Positions 1 to 8,985 of a stretch of 64,000 nucleotides of DNA are shown piece by piece. The position numbers and the translations under genes are program-made. Source of the stretch: OCS116 cluster bacterium AG-390-I16 (GTDB lineage Bacteria > Pseudomonadota > Alphaproteobacteria > MED-G09); contig QCGZ01000003.1 in NCBI GenBank assembly GCA_003279705.1, positions 6,932 through 70,931 of the forward strand, written 5' to 3'. Position 1 is the first letter of the stretch. Every line of letters begins with the position of its first letter. A model generated the notes under the pieces. It saw only the letters and a program-made list of their open reading frames with translations, made no database searches and was not told where the DNA came from.

Positions 1-771
1 AGAAAATTTGGTATACCTCTAATAGTTGATAATACAGCCGCACCAGTTTTATGTAAGCCTTTTGAACAAGGTGCAGCCGTTATTGTATACTCTTCAACTA
101 AATATATTGGTGGACATGGTACTTCTATCGGAGGACTTATTGTTGATGGTGGAAACTTTGATTGGGCAGGTGCTGGTGATAGACAACCTGCATTAAATAC
201 ACCTGATCCATCTTATCATGGAGCAGTATTTACAGTTGCAGCAGAGCCATTAGGACCGATTGCTTATATCCTAAAAGCAAGGACAACTATTCTTAGAGAC
301 TTAGGCGGTGCTATGAGTCCTATGAATGCTTTTCAATTTTTACAAGGTTTGGAAACACTACCATTAAGAATAAGAGAACATTCAAGAAATGGTCAAAGTG
401 TTGCCGAATTTTTAGAAAAGCACGATAAAGTGAGCAAGGTCATATATCCAGGATTACAAACCGGTGAAGCCAGAAAAAGAGCTGATGCTTGTTTAAAAGG
501 TGGTTATAGTGGATTAGTTGGCTTTGAATTATCGGGCGGTGTTGATGCAGGTAAAAAATTCATTGATGGTCTTGAGCTACATTATCATGTTGCTAATATT
601 GGTGATGCTAGAAGCTTAGCAATACACCCTTCTAGTACAACACACAGTCAACTAACCGAAGATGAGCAAATAGCATCAGGTGTTACCCCTGGCTATGTTC
701 GTTTATCAGTTGGTATTGAGCATATTGATGACATATTAGCAGATTTATCTAATGCATTAGATAACGTTTAA
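1..771 (+). CDS. metY: PLP-dependent O-acetylhomoserine/O-acetylserine sulfhydrylase family enzyme (Cys/Met metabolism PLP family), C-terminal part; 5-prime truncated at window edge
   Basis: Frame-1 translation is open from base 1 into the listed ORF 313..771. Residues such as STKYIGGHGTSIGG and the C-terminal GYVRLSVGIEHIDDILADL are typical of the trans-sulfuration PLP family. No start codon inside the window. Confidence 0.8.
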   Translation, partial: RKFGIPLIVDNTAAPVLCKPFEQGAAVIVYSSTKYIGGHGTSIGGLIVDGGNFDWAGAGDRQPALNTPDPSYHGAVFTVAAEPLGPIAYILKARTTILRDLGGAMSPMNAFQFLQGLETLPLRIREHSRNGQSVAEFLEKHDKVSKVIYPGLQTGEARKRADACLKGGYSGLVGFELSGGVDAGKKFIDGLELHYHVANIGDARSLAIHPSSTTHSQLTEDEQIASGVTPGYVRLSVGIEHIDDILADLSNALDNV

Positions 772-794
772 AATAAAAAAATCGTTATATTTTT

Positions 795-827
795 AGCCAC
801 CTAGCTGAGGTTAGGTGGCTTTTTTTA
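795..827 (+). terminator. Rho-independent terminator after the metY-like gene
   Basis: Perfect 9-bp stem AGCCACCTA (795-803) / TAGGTGGCT (812-820) followed by a T7 run at 821-827, 24 bp after the stop codon. Confidence 0.6.
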
Positions 828-857
828 TTTTTCATGTTAATTTTAAATGGGTATAAA

Positions 858-1652
858 ATGAAAAAAATTATCAATAAAGAAATTCTTCCTAATGGTGTTG
901 TTGTTTTAACGATGAATAATCCTGAAGTTAATAATAATATTACTTGGAAAGCTGCTGAAGATTTATTTCTTGAAATAAAAAGCTCAAGAGAAAGTGGTAG
1001 TAATATTTTTATTTTAGCATCTGCATTAAGCGATCATTGGTTTGAACATGCTTGGCTTGAAGATATATTAGCAATCTACGAAGGAAGAGAAACTACTGCA
1101 CCCGGTGTTTCTTGGTTTTATTTAATGAGAGAGCTCACTCATCCTGATATTATCACTATTGCAAGTATCAATGGTAGAGCATCAGGAGGAGGCGCAGAAA
1201 TTGGCTGGGCTTGTGACTTAAGAATTGCGGAAGAGGGCGTAAAGTTCTGTCAACCAGAAGTTGATTTAAATTTAACTACTGGTTTAGGAGGAACAAGTAG
1301 AGTTGCTCGACTTATTGGACCAACAAAAGCAGCAGAATTGGTTTTCTTGGGCAATGAGTTTTCTGCAGAAGAAATGTTGGATTTGAAAGCAATTAATCGT
1401 CTTGTAAAAAAAGGAGATTCACTAAAATCTTCAAAAGATTTGGCTGATGAATTATCAAAAAAACCCAAAGATGCCCTCGTATTGTTAAAAAAAATTTTAA
1501 ATGATAGTCTGGAACTTCCGCTTTCGGAAGCCTTAAGGAGTGAGCAAGATTTATTTCAATCGATTGTTAATTCTGATGGTGCAACAAAAAAAATGAGAGA
1601 TGTACAAGATATGTATTTTAAGGGTATTAAACCAAAAGATATTATTTATTAA
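858..1652 (+). CDS. enoyl-CoA hydratase/isomerase (crotonase) family protein
   Basis: The translation contains GGGAEIGWACDLRIA and downstream Gly-rich crotonase-fold motifs. The ATG at 858 (MKKIINK) is preferred over 834 because 834 sits only 7 nt after the terminator. Confidence 0.8.
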   Translation: MKKIINKEILPNGVVVLTMNNPEVNNNITWKAAEDLFLEIKSSRESGSNIFILASALSDHWFEHAWLEDILAIYEGRETTAPGVSWFYLMRELTHPDIITIASINGRASGGGAEIGWACDLRIAEEGVKFCQPEVDLNLTTGLGGTSRVARLIGPTKAAELVFLGNEFSAEEMLDLKAINRLVKKGDSLKSSKDLADELSKKPKDALVLLKKILNDSLELPLSEALRSEQDLFQSIVNSDGATKKMRDVQDMYFKGIKPKDIIY

Positions 1653-1665
1653 AAAAGGGAATGAT

Positions 1666-2667
1666 ATGAAAAGAAATGTATGGAAATTAATTGCTCGTCC
1701 AGATGGAATAAATTTTGAAGAAGCTCTGGAATTAGTTGAAGAAGATATTTCTGATCCTGAAAATGGACAAATACAAATTAAATTAAAAATTATTTCTATG
1801 GATGCTGGAACCAGAATGTGGATGAGTGATCGACAAGACTCATACCAACCTCCTATTGAATTGGGATCATCCATGGTAGGTGTTTGCCTAGCTGAAGTAG
1901 TTAAGTCTTCAAATCCAGCATTTAGCGAGGGTGATCTAGTTAGAGGATTTGGCGAATGGGCAGATTTCGCAAATGTTGATGCAGAATCTTTTTTAGTTCT
2001 TGAGAAAGGACTTGATTGTGATGAGGCATATCTCTCAGCTTTAGGACTTAATGGTTGGACAGCATATGTAGGTGTAATGGAAGTTGGAAAACCTAAGCCG
2101 GGTGAAAATTTTCTTGTTTCTGCAGCAGCTGGAGCCACTGGCTCATTAGCTGGCCAAATTGCAAAAAAAGCAGGTTGTAGAGTTATTGGACTTGCTGGCA
2201 GCAGTGAAAAGTGTGATTGGTTGATAAATGATTTAGGCTTTGATGTGGCTATAAACTATAAACAAGAGAATCTTGATGAAGCATTAAAAAAGCATTGCCC
2301 TGAAGGTATTGATATATACTTTGATAATGTTGCAGGTGATATTCTTGATACTGTTATGCAGAATTTAGCTTTGAATGCTCGTATTCCTTTATGTGGTCTT
2401 CTAGCTCAGTATAATAAAGAAGGAGCCAGACTTCCTGGGCCTGATAATTTTGATCAATTATTGATGAAAAGAGCAACTATTACAGGTTTTTTCTGTCCAG
2501 ATTTTTTAGAAGATGGCCCCAGAATTGAGTCATTGCTGGTAGAATGGTATAAAGAGGGTTCACTGAAGTTTAAGGCAGATATCACCAACGGTCTTGAAAA
2601 TGTTTTAGTATCATACAAAAAGATTTTTACGGGTGAGAATATTGGTAAAACTTTAGTAAAACTTTAA
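1666..2667 (+). CDS. NADP-dependent oxidoreductase, medium-chain dehydrogenase/reductase family (YncB/CurA/alkenal reductase-like)
   Basis: Rossmann motif AAAGATGSLAGQIAKKAGCRVIGLAGS and the MDR layout. ATG at 1666 (MKRNVWKL) has an AAAGGGA Shine-Dalgarno 6 nt upstream. Confidence 0.8.
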   Translation: MKRNVWKLIARPDGINFEEALELVEEDISDPENGQIQIKLKIISMDAGTRMWMSDRQDSYQPPIELGSSMVGVCLAEVVKSSNPAFSEGDLVRGFGEWADFANVDAESFLVLEKGLDCDEAYLSALGLNGWTAYVGVMEVGKPKPGENFLVSAAAGATGSLAGQIAKKAGCRVIGLAGSSEKCDWLINDLGFDVAINYKQENLDEALKKHCPEGIDIYFDNVAGDILDTVMQNLALNARIPLCGLLAQYNKEGARLPGPDNFDQLLMKRATITGFFCPDFLEDGPRIESLLVEWYKEGSLKFKADITNGLENVLVSYKKIFTGENIGKTLVKL

Positions 2668-2683
2668 CCTAAAAGGATTTTTA

Positions 2684-3031
2684 ATGAAGCTTAATGGTAA
2701 GTTTGATGTCGGTGGAATAATAGCCAAAGAGGATGAACGATATAAGGTCTTTGATAACTCTTCATTAAATAATTTAGTCCTCAGTAGTACTAGCCTTAAT
2801 CCAGGGCATTCAACCAGCGGTCACAAGCATGCTGGCCAAGAGGAAATATATTTATTTGTAAGAGGCTCTGGTGATATGACACTTATTTACCCTGATAATA
2901 GAGAAGACAGCTTTTCTGTAACTGAGGGTGACATTGTTTTAATTGAAGACGATGTTCACCATAGGGTTTTTAATAATAGCAGTGAAGAGCTATATTTTGT
3001 TTGCGTTTTTGATGGAAAAAGATCTCATTAA
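2684..3031 (+). CDS. cupin-domain small protein
   Basis: 115 aa with a His-containing cupin-like motif (GHKHAGQEEIYLFVRGSG ... H). Confidence 0.55.
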   Translation: MKLNGKFDVGGIIAKEDERYKVFDNSSLNNLVLSSTSLNPGHSTSGHKHAGQEEIYLFVRGSGDMTLIYPDNREDSFSVTEGDIVLIEDDVHHRVFNNSSEELYFVCVFDGKRSH

Positions 3032-3035
3032 TCAT

Positions 3036-4010
3036 TTACGTTCCAAAAGCTTCTTCAAATGTCTTTGACCAACTACCTGTAGTTGCAGCTCTTGAATATT
3101 CTGTTGCTCTACCCTCAAAAAAGTTTGTATGTTCTACTGCATTTAACATTTCATCCATCCAAGGAAGTGGATTTTTTTCAATCTTGTATAATTCCGGTAA
3201 ACCAAGCTGAGTTAATCTCCTATCGGCAATATATCTAATATATTGTTTAACTTCACTTGCTTCCATGCCTTCTACACCACCTAATTCAAATGCCAAATCA
3301 ATAAAAGCATCCTCGTGCTCAATAACTGTTGCACATGCTTTTATAATTTCCTCCTGTACTTTGCTATTCCACACTGAGGGATTTTCTTCAACGAATGTTC
3401 TAAATAACCTTATAGCAGACTCAGTATGAAGTGTTTCATCTCTAACTGACCAAGTTACTATCTGGCCCATACCTTTCATTCTATTTTGTCTTGGAAAATT
3501 CATTAAAACTGCAAAAGAAGCAAAAAGTTGAACACCTTCGGTAAATGCCCCAAAGACTGCAAGAGTTTTTGCTATATCTTCATTTGTATCAACACCCCAT
3601 AGCCTCATATAATCAAATTTATTTTTCATTGCTTCATATTCAAGGAAAGCACTATACTCAACCTCTGCCATTCCTATAGTATCTAAAAGATGGCTGTAGG
3701 CAGCAATATGAATAGTTTCTGTATTTGAGAAAGCACCAAGCATCATTTGGATCTCTGTTGGTTTAAAGACCCTTGAATAATGTTTCATATAGCAATTATT
3801 TACCTCAACATCAGCCTGTACAAAAAACCTAAAAATTTGAGTAAGGAGATTTTTCTCTGGTGCCGTAAGATTTTTCTCCCAATCCTTAACATCCTCTGCT
3901 AAAGGAACTTCCTCTGGTAGCCAATGAATTCTTTGTTGTTTAAGCCAAGCTTCATAAGCCCAGGGGTATTTAAACGGTTTGTATACTAATCTTTCTTCAA
4001 GAAGGGACAT
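3036..4010 (-). CDS. nrdB: class I ribonucleoside-diphosphate reductase beta (R2) subunit
   Basis: Ferritin-like R2 signatures: TETIHIAAYSHLL (E-x-x-H-x-x-x-Y, iron ligands plus the radical Tyr) and a second VRDETLH E-x-x-H. It lies adjacent to nrdA. Confidence 0.9.
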   Translation of the reverse strand: MSLLEERLVYKPFKYPWAYEAWLKQQRIHWLPEEVPLAEDVKDWEKNLTAPEKNLLTQIFRFFVQADVEVNNCYMKHYSRVFKPTEIQMMLGAFSNTETIHIAAYSHLLDTIGMAEVEYSAFLEYEAMKNKFDYMRLWGVDTNEDIAKTLAVFGAFTEGVQLFASFAVLMNFPRQNRMKGMGQIVTWSVRDETLHTESAIRLFRTFVEENPSVWNSKVQEEIIKACATVIEHEDAFIDLAFELGGVEGMEASEVKQYIRYIADRRLTQLGLPELYKIEKNPLPWMDEMLNAVEHTNFFEGRATEYSRAATTGSWSKTFEEAFGT

Positions 4011-4039
4011 AACTTTCTCTCTATTTTATTTTATTATAT

Positions 4040-6046
4040 TTATTGACAGGCTAGGCATTCGTCATAATCATTTGGATTAGACTCTGCTGCAACCTCATCA
4101 AGAGTTTTAACATCAATTTTAGTTGGTTGGTTAGAAGAATTTTCAGCTCTCTGTAAAGAGAGTGAACGACAATAATAAAGGCTTTTAACACCTTTTTTCC
4201 ATGCTGAAAAATGAACTTCATGTAGATATGCTTTATCACTATCAGCTGGTAAAAAGACATTTAATGACTGAGCTTGATCAATCATTTCAGACCTATCACC
4301 AGCAAGATCTATTAACCATCTTTGATCAATTTCAAATGCAGTTTTATAGACATCTTTTTCGTGCTCAGATAGGAAATCAAGATGCTGAACTGATCCACCA
4401 TTTGATAGGATTGAAAGCCATACCTCATCATTATCTTGATTTTTTTCTTGTAAAAGAATTTTAAGGTGACGATTTCTAACAGTAAATGTCCCTGACAATG
4501 TTTTATGGGCATAGACATTCGCAGCTATTGGTTCAATACCTGGACTTGATCCACCACAAATAATTGAGATTGATGCAGTTGGAGCAACGGCAGTTTTATT
4601 TGAGAAACGTTCCATAATTCCATATTCTTCAGCATCAGGGCAAGGTCCCTTTTCTTTAGCAAGGTCTATTGATGCTTGGTCGGCCCCGTCTTTTATATGA
4701 TTGAATATTTTTTTATTCCATGACTTTGCTACCGCGCTTTCCCAAGGAACATTATTTTCCTGGAAAAAAGAATGAAGCCCCATTACGCCTAAGCCAACAG
4801 ATCTTTCTCGTGTCGCTGCATAAGCTGCACTCTTCATTGTTTCAGGAGCGTTATCGATAAAATCTTGAAGTACGTTATCTAAAAAACGCATAATATCAGG
4901 TATGAAATCTTTTTCATTTTCCCATTCAAAAAACTTTTCAATATTTACTGAGGATAAGCAGCATACCGCTGTTCTATTTTCACCATGGTGATCAATGCCT
5001 GTCGGTAAGGTTATTTCACTGCATAGATTTGATGTTTTAATTTCTAACCCAGCAAGTTTTTGTTGCTCTGGCCTTAGATTATTAACTGTATCTTTATAAA
5101 CCAAATAAGGTTCACCTGTTTCGATTCTTGCAGTAAGCATCCTTATCCACAAAGAACGAGCTGAAACAGTTTTTTGCACAGATTGATCATGAGGACTCCT
5201 TAAATCCCAGTCAGCATTTTCTTCAACCGCACGCATAAATGCATCTGTAAGTTGTATTCCATGGTGAAGGTTGAGGGCTTTTCTATTCGGATCTCCTCCT
5301 GTAGGTCTTCTTATTTCAATAAATTCTTCAATTTCAGGATGATCAATAGGTAAATAAACTGCTGCAGAGCCTCTTCTTAACGAACCTTGACTAATTGCTA
5401 ATGTTAAAGAATCCATAACTCTAATAAAGGGGACAATTCCACTTGTTTTCCCAACTCCACCAATTGGTTCACCAATTGATCTTAGATTACCCCAATAAGA
5501 TCCAATTCCTCCACCTTTTGATGCAAGCCAAACATTTTCAGTCCAGAGGTCAACTATTCCTCCAAGACTATCGCTAGCCTCATTTAAAAAACAAGATATT
5601 GGAAGTCCTCTTCCAGTTCCTCCATTGGAAAGAACTGGGGTTGATGGCATGAACCATAACTGAGAAATATAATCATAAAGTCGTTGAGAGTGTTCTTGAT
5701 TGTCACCATAATATGATGCTACTCGAGCAAATAAGTCTTGAAAGGATTCACCAGGTATTAAATATCTATCTTCAAGGGTTTCTCTTCCAAAATCAGTTAG
5801 TAGCGAGTCTCTTGATGGATCGATTTTAACTCTAAAACCCTTACCTTTATGCTGGACTGCTCGGTCATTAATTTTAAAATCAATTCGCGGTTGTTCAGAT
5901 AGCTCGGTTGATGGTTTTTCACCAATTTTTGATTGCGCAAATGAATAAATTTCTTCCATCTCTTCTTTAGTATAACCAGAAATCACAGGAGTAGGAGTCT
6001 TCTTTTCTTTATTTTTGTTGATTTTTTCTGGTTTATTCATCAGCAT
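4040..6046 (-). CDS. nrdA: class I ribonucleoside-diphosphate reductase alpha subunit, lacking an N-terminal ATP-cone
   Basis: 668 aa with catalytic-core motifs (PISCF, NLCSEI, CCLSSVN) and the C-terminal redox Cys pair (YDECLACQ). No VxKRDG-type ATP-cone at the N-terminus. Confidence 0.9.
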   Translation of the reverse strand: MLMNKPEKINKNKEKKTPTPVISGYTKEEMEEIYSFAQSKIGEKPSTELSEQPRIDFKINDRAVQHKGKGFRVKIDPSRDSLLTDFGRETLEDRYLIPGESFQDLFARVASYYGDNQEHSQRLYDYISQLWFMPSTPVLSNGGTGRGLPISCFLNEASDSLGGIVDLWTENVWLASKGGGIGSYWGNLRSIGEPIGGVGKTSGIVPFIRVMDSLTLAISQGSLRRGSAAVYLPIDHPEIEEFIEIRRPTGGDPNRKALNLHHGIQLTDAFMRAVEENADWDLRSPHDQSVQKTVSARSLWIRMLTARIETGEPYLVYKDTVNNLRPEQQKLAGLEIKTSNLCSEITLPTGIDHHGENRTAVCCLSSVNIEKFFEWENEKDFIPDIMRFLDNVLQDFIDNAPETMKSAAYAATRERSVGLGVMGLHSFFQENNVPWESAVAKSWNKKIFNHIKDGADQASIDLAKEKGPCPDAEEYGIMERFSNKTAVAPTASISIICGGSSPGIEPIAANVYAHKTLSGTFTVRNRHLKILLQEKNQDNDEVWLSILSNGGSVQHLDFLSEHEKDVYKTAFEIDQRWLIDLAGDRSEMIDQAQSLNVFLPADSDKAYLHEVHFSAWKKGVKSLYYCRSLSLQRAENSSNQPTKIDVKTLDEVAAESNPNDYDECLACQ

Positions 6047-6214
6047 TTGTTTTCCCTTCTTTTTTTTGAGAGAGTCGTCTTCTCTCTACAACAACTGTTG
6101 TATTATTGCTTCTAACGGCAATTTAAAATAATAGTTAGGGCGAAATATACATTTAATTTTGGCTTCCTATTTTTAAGTAAATTTTACTACAAATAGAGTA
6201 TATAACGTTACCTA

Positions 6215-6230
6215 ACACAAAATATAGTAT
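6215..6230. promoter_or_regulatory. possible NrdR-box-like site upstream of nrdA
   Basis: ACACAAAATATAGTAT matches 14/16 positions of the published NrdR box consensus acaCwAtATaTwGtgt, about 170 bp upstream of the nrdA start. Only one box is found, whereas two are expected, so support is weak. Confidence 0.2.
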
Positions 6231-6352
6231 CCTGTTCGTTCTGTAGGTCAATAAAGAAAAAACAAAAAAGTTATTTTTTTTTGTTTTTTTTGACATTTTA
6301 TAAAAAAAAACACAAAAATTATATCCGTTAAATAATTTTTAGGAGTTCTCTT

Positions 6353-7384
6353 TTGTCAAATTTAAATCATACATATAAGTCGTGGCGTCTTAACAAGAGG
6401 CCGGTTGGTGAAATAAAAAATAGCGACCTTAGTCTTGTTGAAGAAAATATTCCTGAAATTAATGATAATGAAGTCCTTGCTAGGACAATATATTTTTCAT
6501 TAGATCCCACGAATCGAATTTGGATGTCAGATGTTGATCAATATATGGAGCCAGTTGAGATAGGTGACATTATGAGAGCCGGAGGATCTATTGCTGTCGT
6601 AGAAGAATCTAAGGTAAATGATGTTTCTGTTGGCGATATTATTCAAGGCGGAATGCACGGAGGATGGCAAGATTATTTTACCGTCCCTGGTAATGATATC
6701 ATAAAACTTCCAAAAGAAACTGGGTTACCTCTTACAGCCTTTATCTCTGTGCTTGGCTTTACTGGGCCAACAGCATATTTTGGTTTGCTTGATATTGGAA
6801 AGCCTAAGAAAGGAGAAACCGTTGTTGTCTCGGCAGCTGCTGGAGCAGTTGGTTCAATAGTTTGCCAAATTGCAAAAATAAAAGAATGTAATGTTGTTGC
6901 TATAGCAGGTTCAGATGAAAAGTGTAACTGGCTCAAAAATGAGTTAGGGGTTGATACAGCAATTAACTATAAGAAACAAAATATCTTAGAAGCACTAAGG
7001 TTAGCATGCCCTAATGGTATTGATGTATATTTTGATAATGTTGGCGGTGATACTCTTGATGCAGCATTAACACTTATGAATAAATTTGGAAGAATTCCTG
7101 TCTGTGGATTAATTTCAATGTACAATGATTGGTCGTCTACTGGACCAAAAATGTATAGAAATATTTTAATGAAGACCCTAACTGTTACTGGCTTTTTAGT
7201 TTCAGATTTTACCGATCAATTTGAAGAATGCCTTCAAACACTTGGGCAATGGGTCGCTGAAGAGAAAATTAAATATAAGGTCGATGTTGTAGAGGGCATT
7301 GAGAATGCCCCCACAGCAGTAAACAAATTATTTACAGGAGAAAATCAAGGTAAGCTTGTTATTCAAACCTCAAGAGAGCCTTAA
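6353..7384 (+). CDS. NADP-dependent oxidoreductase, MDR family (paralogue of the 1666..2667 gene)
   Basis: About 60% identity by eye to the 1666..2667 product across the Rossmann region ([18 protein letters not shown]...[11 protein letters not shown]). TTG start at 6353 with an AGGAG Shine-Dalgarno upstream. Confidence 0.8.
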   Translation: MSNLNHTYKSWRLNKRPVGEIKNSDLSLVEENIPEINDNEVLARTIYFSLDPTNRIWMSDVDQYMEPVEIGDIMRAGGSIAVVEESKVNDVSVGDIIQGGMHGGWQDYFTVPGNDIIKLPKETGLPLTAFISVLGFTGPTAYFGLLDIGKPKKGETVVVSAAAGAVGSIVCQIAKIKECNVVAIAGSDEKCNWLKNELGVDTAINYKKQNILEALRLACPNGIDVYFDNVGGDTLDAALTLMNKFGRIPVCGLISMYNDWSSTGPKMYRNILMKTLTVTGFLVSDFTDQFEECLQTLGQWVAEEKIKYKVDVVEGIENAPTAVNKLFTGENQGKLVIQTSREP

Positions 7385-8571
7385 TTAAAAACTTCAAATA
7401 AACCGGCAGCTCCCATTCCACCACCAATACACATTGTTACAACAACATTTTTTGCCTTTCTTCTTTTGCCCTCAAGTAAGATGTGGCCAACTAATCTAGC
7501 GCCAGTCATACCAAAAGGATGCCCAATAGCTATTGAACCACCATTAACATTTAATTTTTCATTATCAATACCCAGCTTGTCTCGACAATAGAGAGTCTGA
7601 CTTGCAAAAGCTTCATTAAGCTCCCATAAATCTATATCATCTACAGTAAGATTATTTCTTTCCAAAAGTCTTGGTATCGCAAACACTGGACCTATGCCCA
7701 TTTCATCTGGCTCACAACCAGCAACAGCAAAACCTCTGAAGGCTCCTAAAGGTTCAAGCCCTTTTTGTTCTGCAAGTTTTGAGTCCATTACTACCACAGA
7801 AGCAGCCCCATCTGATAGCTGAGAGGCATTTCCAGCAGTAATGAAATGTTCATCACCACGAACAGGCTTTAGCTGAGAAAGACCTTCTAAAGTAGTTGAA
7901 GGCCTGTTACATTCATCTTTGTCGACTGTATAATCGACAACACTTTCTTCACCACTTTCCTTATCAACAACTTTCATTTTTGTATCCATTGCAACTATCT
8001 CATCTTTATACAAGTCCGCCTCTTGAGCAGCAGCTGTTCTATGTTGACTCTGAAGAGAATATTCATCCTGTGCTTCACGAGAAATATTGTATCTTTTTGC
8101 AACAATATCTGCAGTCTCAATCATAGGCATCCATAATGCTGGATAACTCTCCATAAGTTTTTCTTCTGTAATGTTATTGAAATTGATACCCTGCATTGGT
8201 ACTAGAGAGATAGACTCAACACCTGCCCCAACAACAGCACTAGCACCTTCATTTATGACTCTCCCAGCAGCCATTGCTATAGTCTGTAAACCTGAAGAAC
8301 AAAACCTATTTACTGTTACACCAGATGTTGTTACTGGACATCCTGCCCAAATTGCAGCAAGTCTTCCAACATTTTGTCCTGTCGCGCCTTCTGGGGTGCC
8401 ACAACCCATAATCACATCTTCAATCTCATTTGGGTCTAATTTAGCTCTCTCAATTGAGTGTTTAACTGCATGTCCAGCCATAGCAGCTCCATGCGTTATA
8501 TTAAATCCACCTCTCCCAGATTTTGCGAGACCTGTTCTTGCTGTTGAGACTATTACCGCTTCTCTTGTCAT
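7381..8571 (-). CDS. acetyl-CoA C-acyltransferase (3-ketoacyl-CoA thiolase)
   Basis: Thiolase N- and C-terminal signatures: [17 protein letters not shown], active-site Cys region NRFCSSGLQ, and C-terminal [19 protein letters not shown] ... CIGGGMG. Confidence 0.9.
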   Translation of the reverse strand: MTREAVIVSTARTGLAKSGRGGFNITHGAAMAGHAVKHSIERAKLDPNEIEDVIMGCGTPEGATGQNVGRLAAIWAGCPVTTSGVTVNRFCSSGLQTIAMAAGRVINEGASAVVGAGVESISLVPMQGINFNNITEEKLMESYPALWMPMIETADIVAKRYNISREAQDEYSLQSQHRTAAAQEADLYKDEIVAMDTKMKVVDKESGEESVVDYTVDKDECNRPSTTLEGLSQLKPVRGDEHFITAGNASQLSDGAASVVVMDSKLAEQKGLEPLGAFRGFAVAGCEPDEMGIGPVFAIPRLLERNNLTVDDIDLWELNEAFASQTLYCRDKLGIDNEKLNVNGGSIAIGHPFGMTGARLVGHILLEGKRRKAKNVVVTMCIGGGMGAAGLFEVFN

Positions 8572-8985
8572 TATTAGCTCCTTATGAGTTTAAATTAGTA
8601 AGAATTTATTTTTTCAATCAAGAAAATATAATTACTTAATATTATCTAAAATTTATTATATTTCTCTTTTTTATTTTTTAAAATTAAATTAAGTCATAAG
8701 TATAAGGAGTTTTTTTGTCAAATCATCATACACAACATAATTACTATCAAGCTATTGTAGACAATAAAGAGGCTATAGCAACTAATGAATTCAGCGTTAA
8801 ACCAAAACTGTTAACTATAAATATTGATGTAGGAAGTTTAGAGAAAAATTTAATAATTGATAATTCGAATATAAAATCATCTATTGAAAAAAAAAGTAAA
8901 GATACACTTTTTATTAAGACCTATATTATTGTTGATGGTGAAATTATTATTTCATCTTCTAGTGTTTGGACTAACAAATATTAAT

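Noticed and set aside
6091-6101. Small palindrome ACAAC-T-GTTGT upstream of nrdA
   Set aside because: Short AT-rich palindromes of this size are expected by chance in ~30% GC DNA.
8884-8985. Upstream start (8884) for the subtilase gene given in the ORF track
   Set aside because: It would bury the lipobox 50 residues inside the protein. The ATG at 8986 gives a canonical lipoprotein signal, so the shorter model was preferred. The overlapping 8715..8984 ORF remains unresolved and is flagged in findings.
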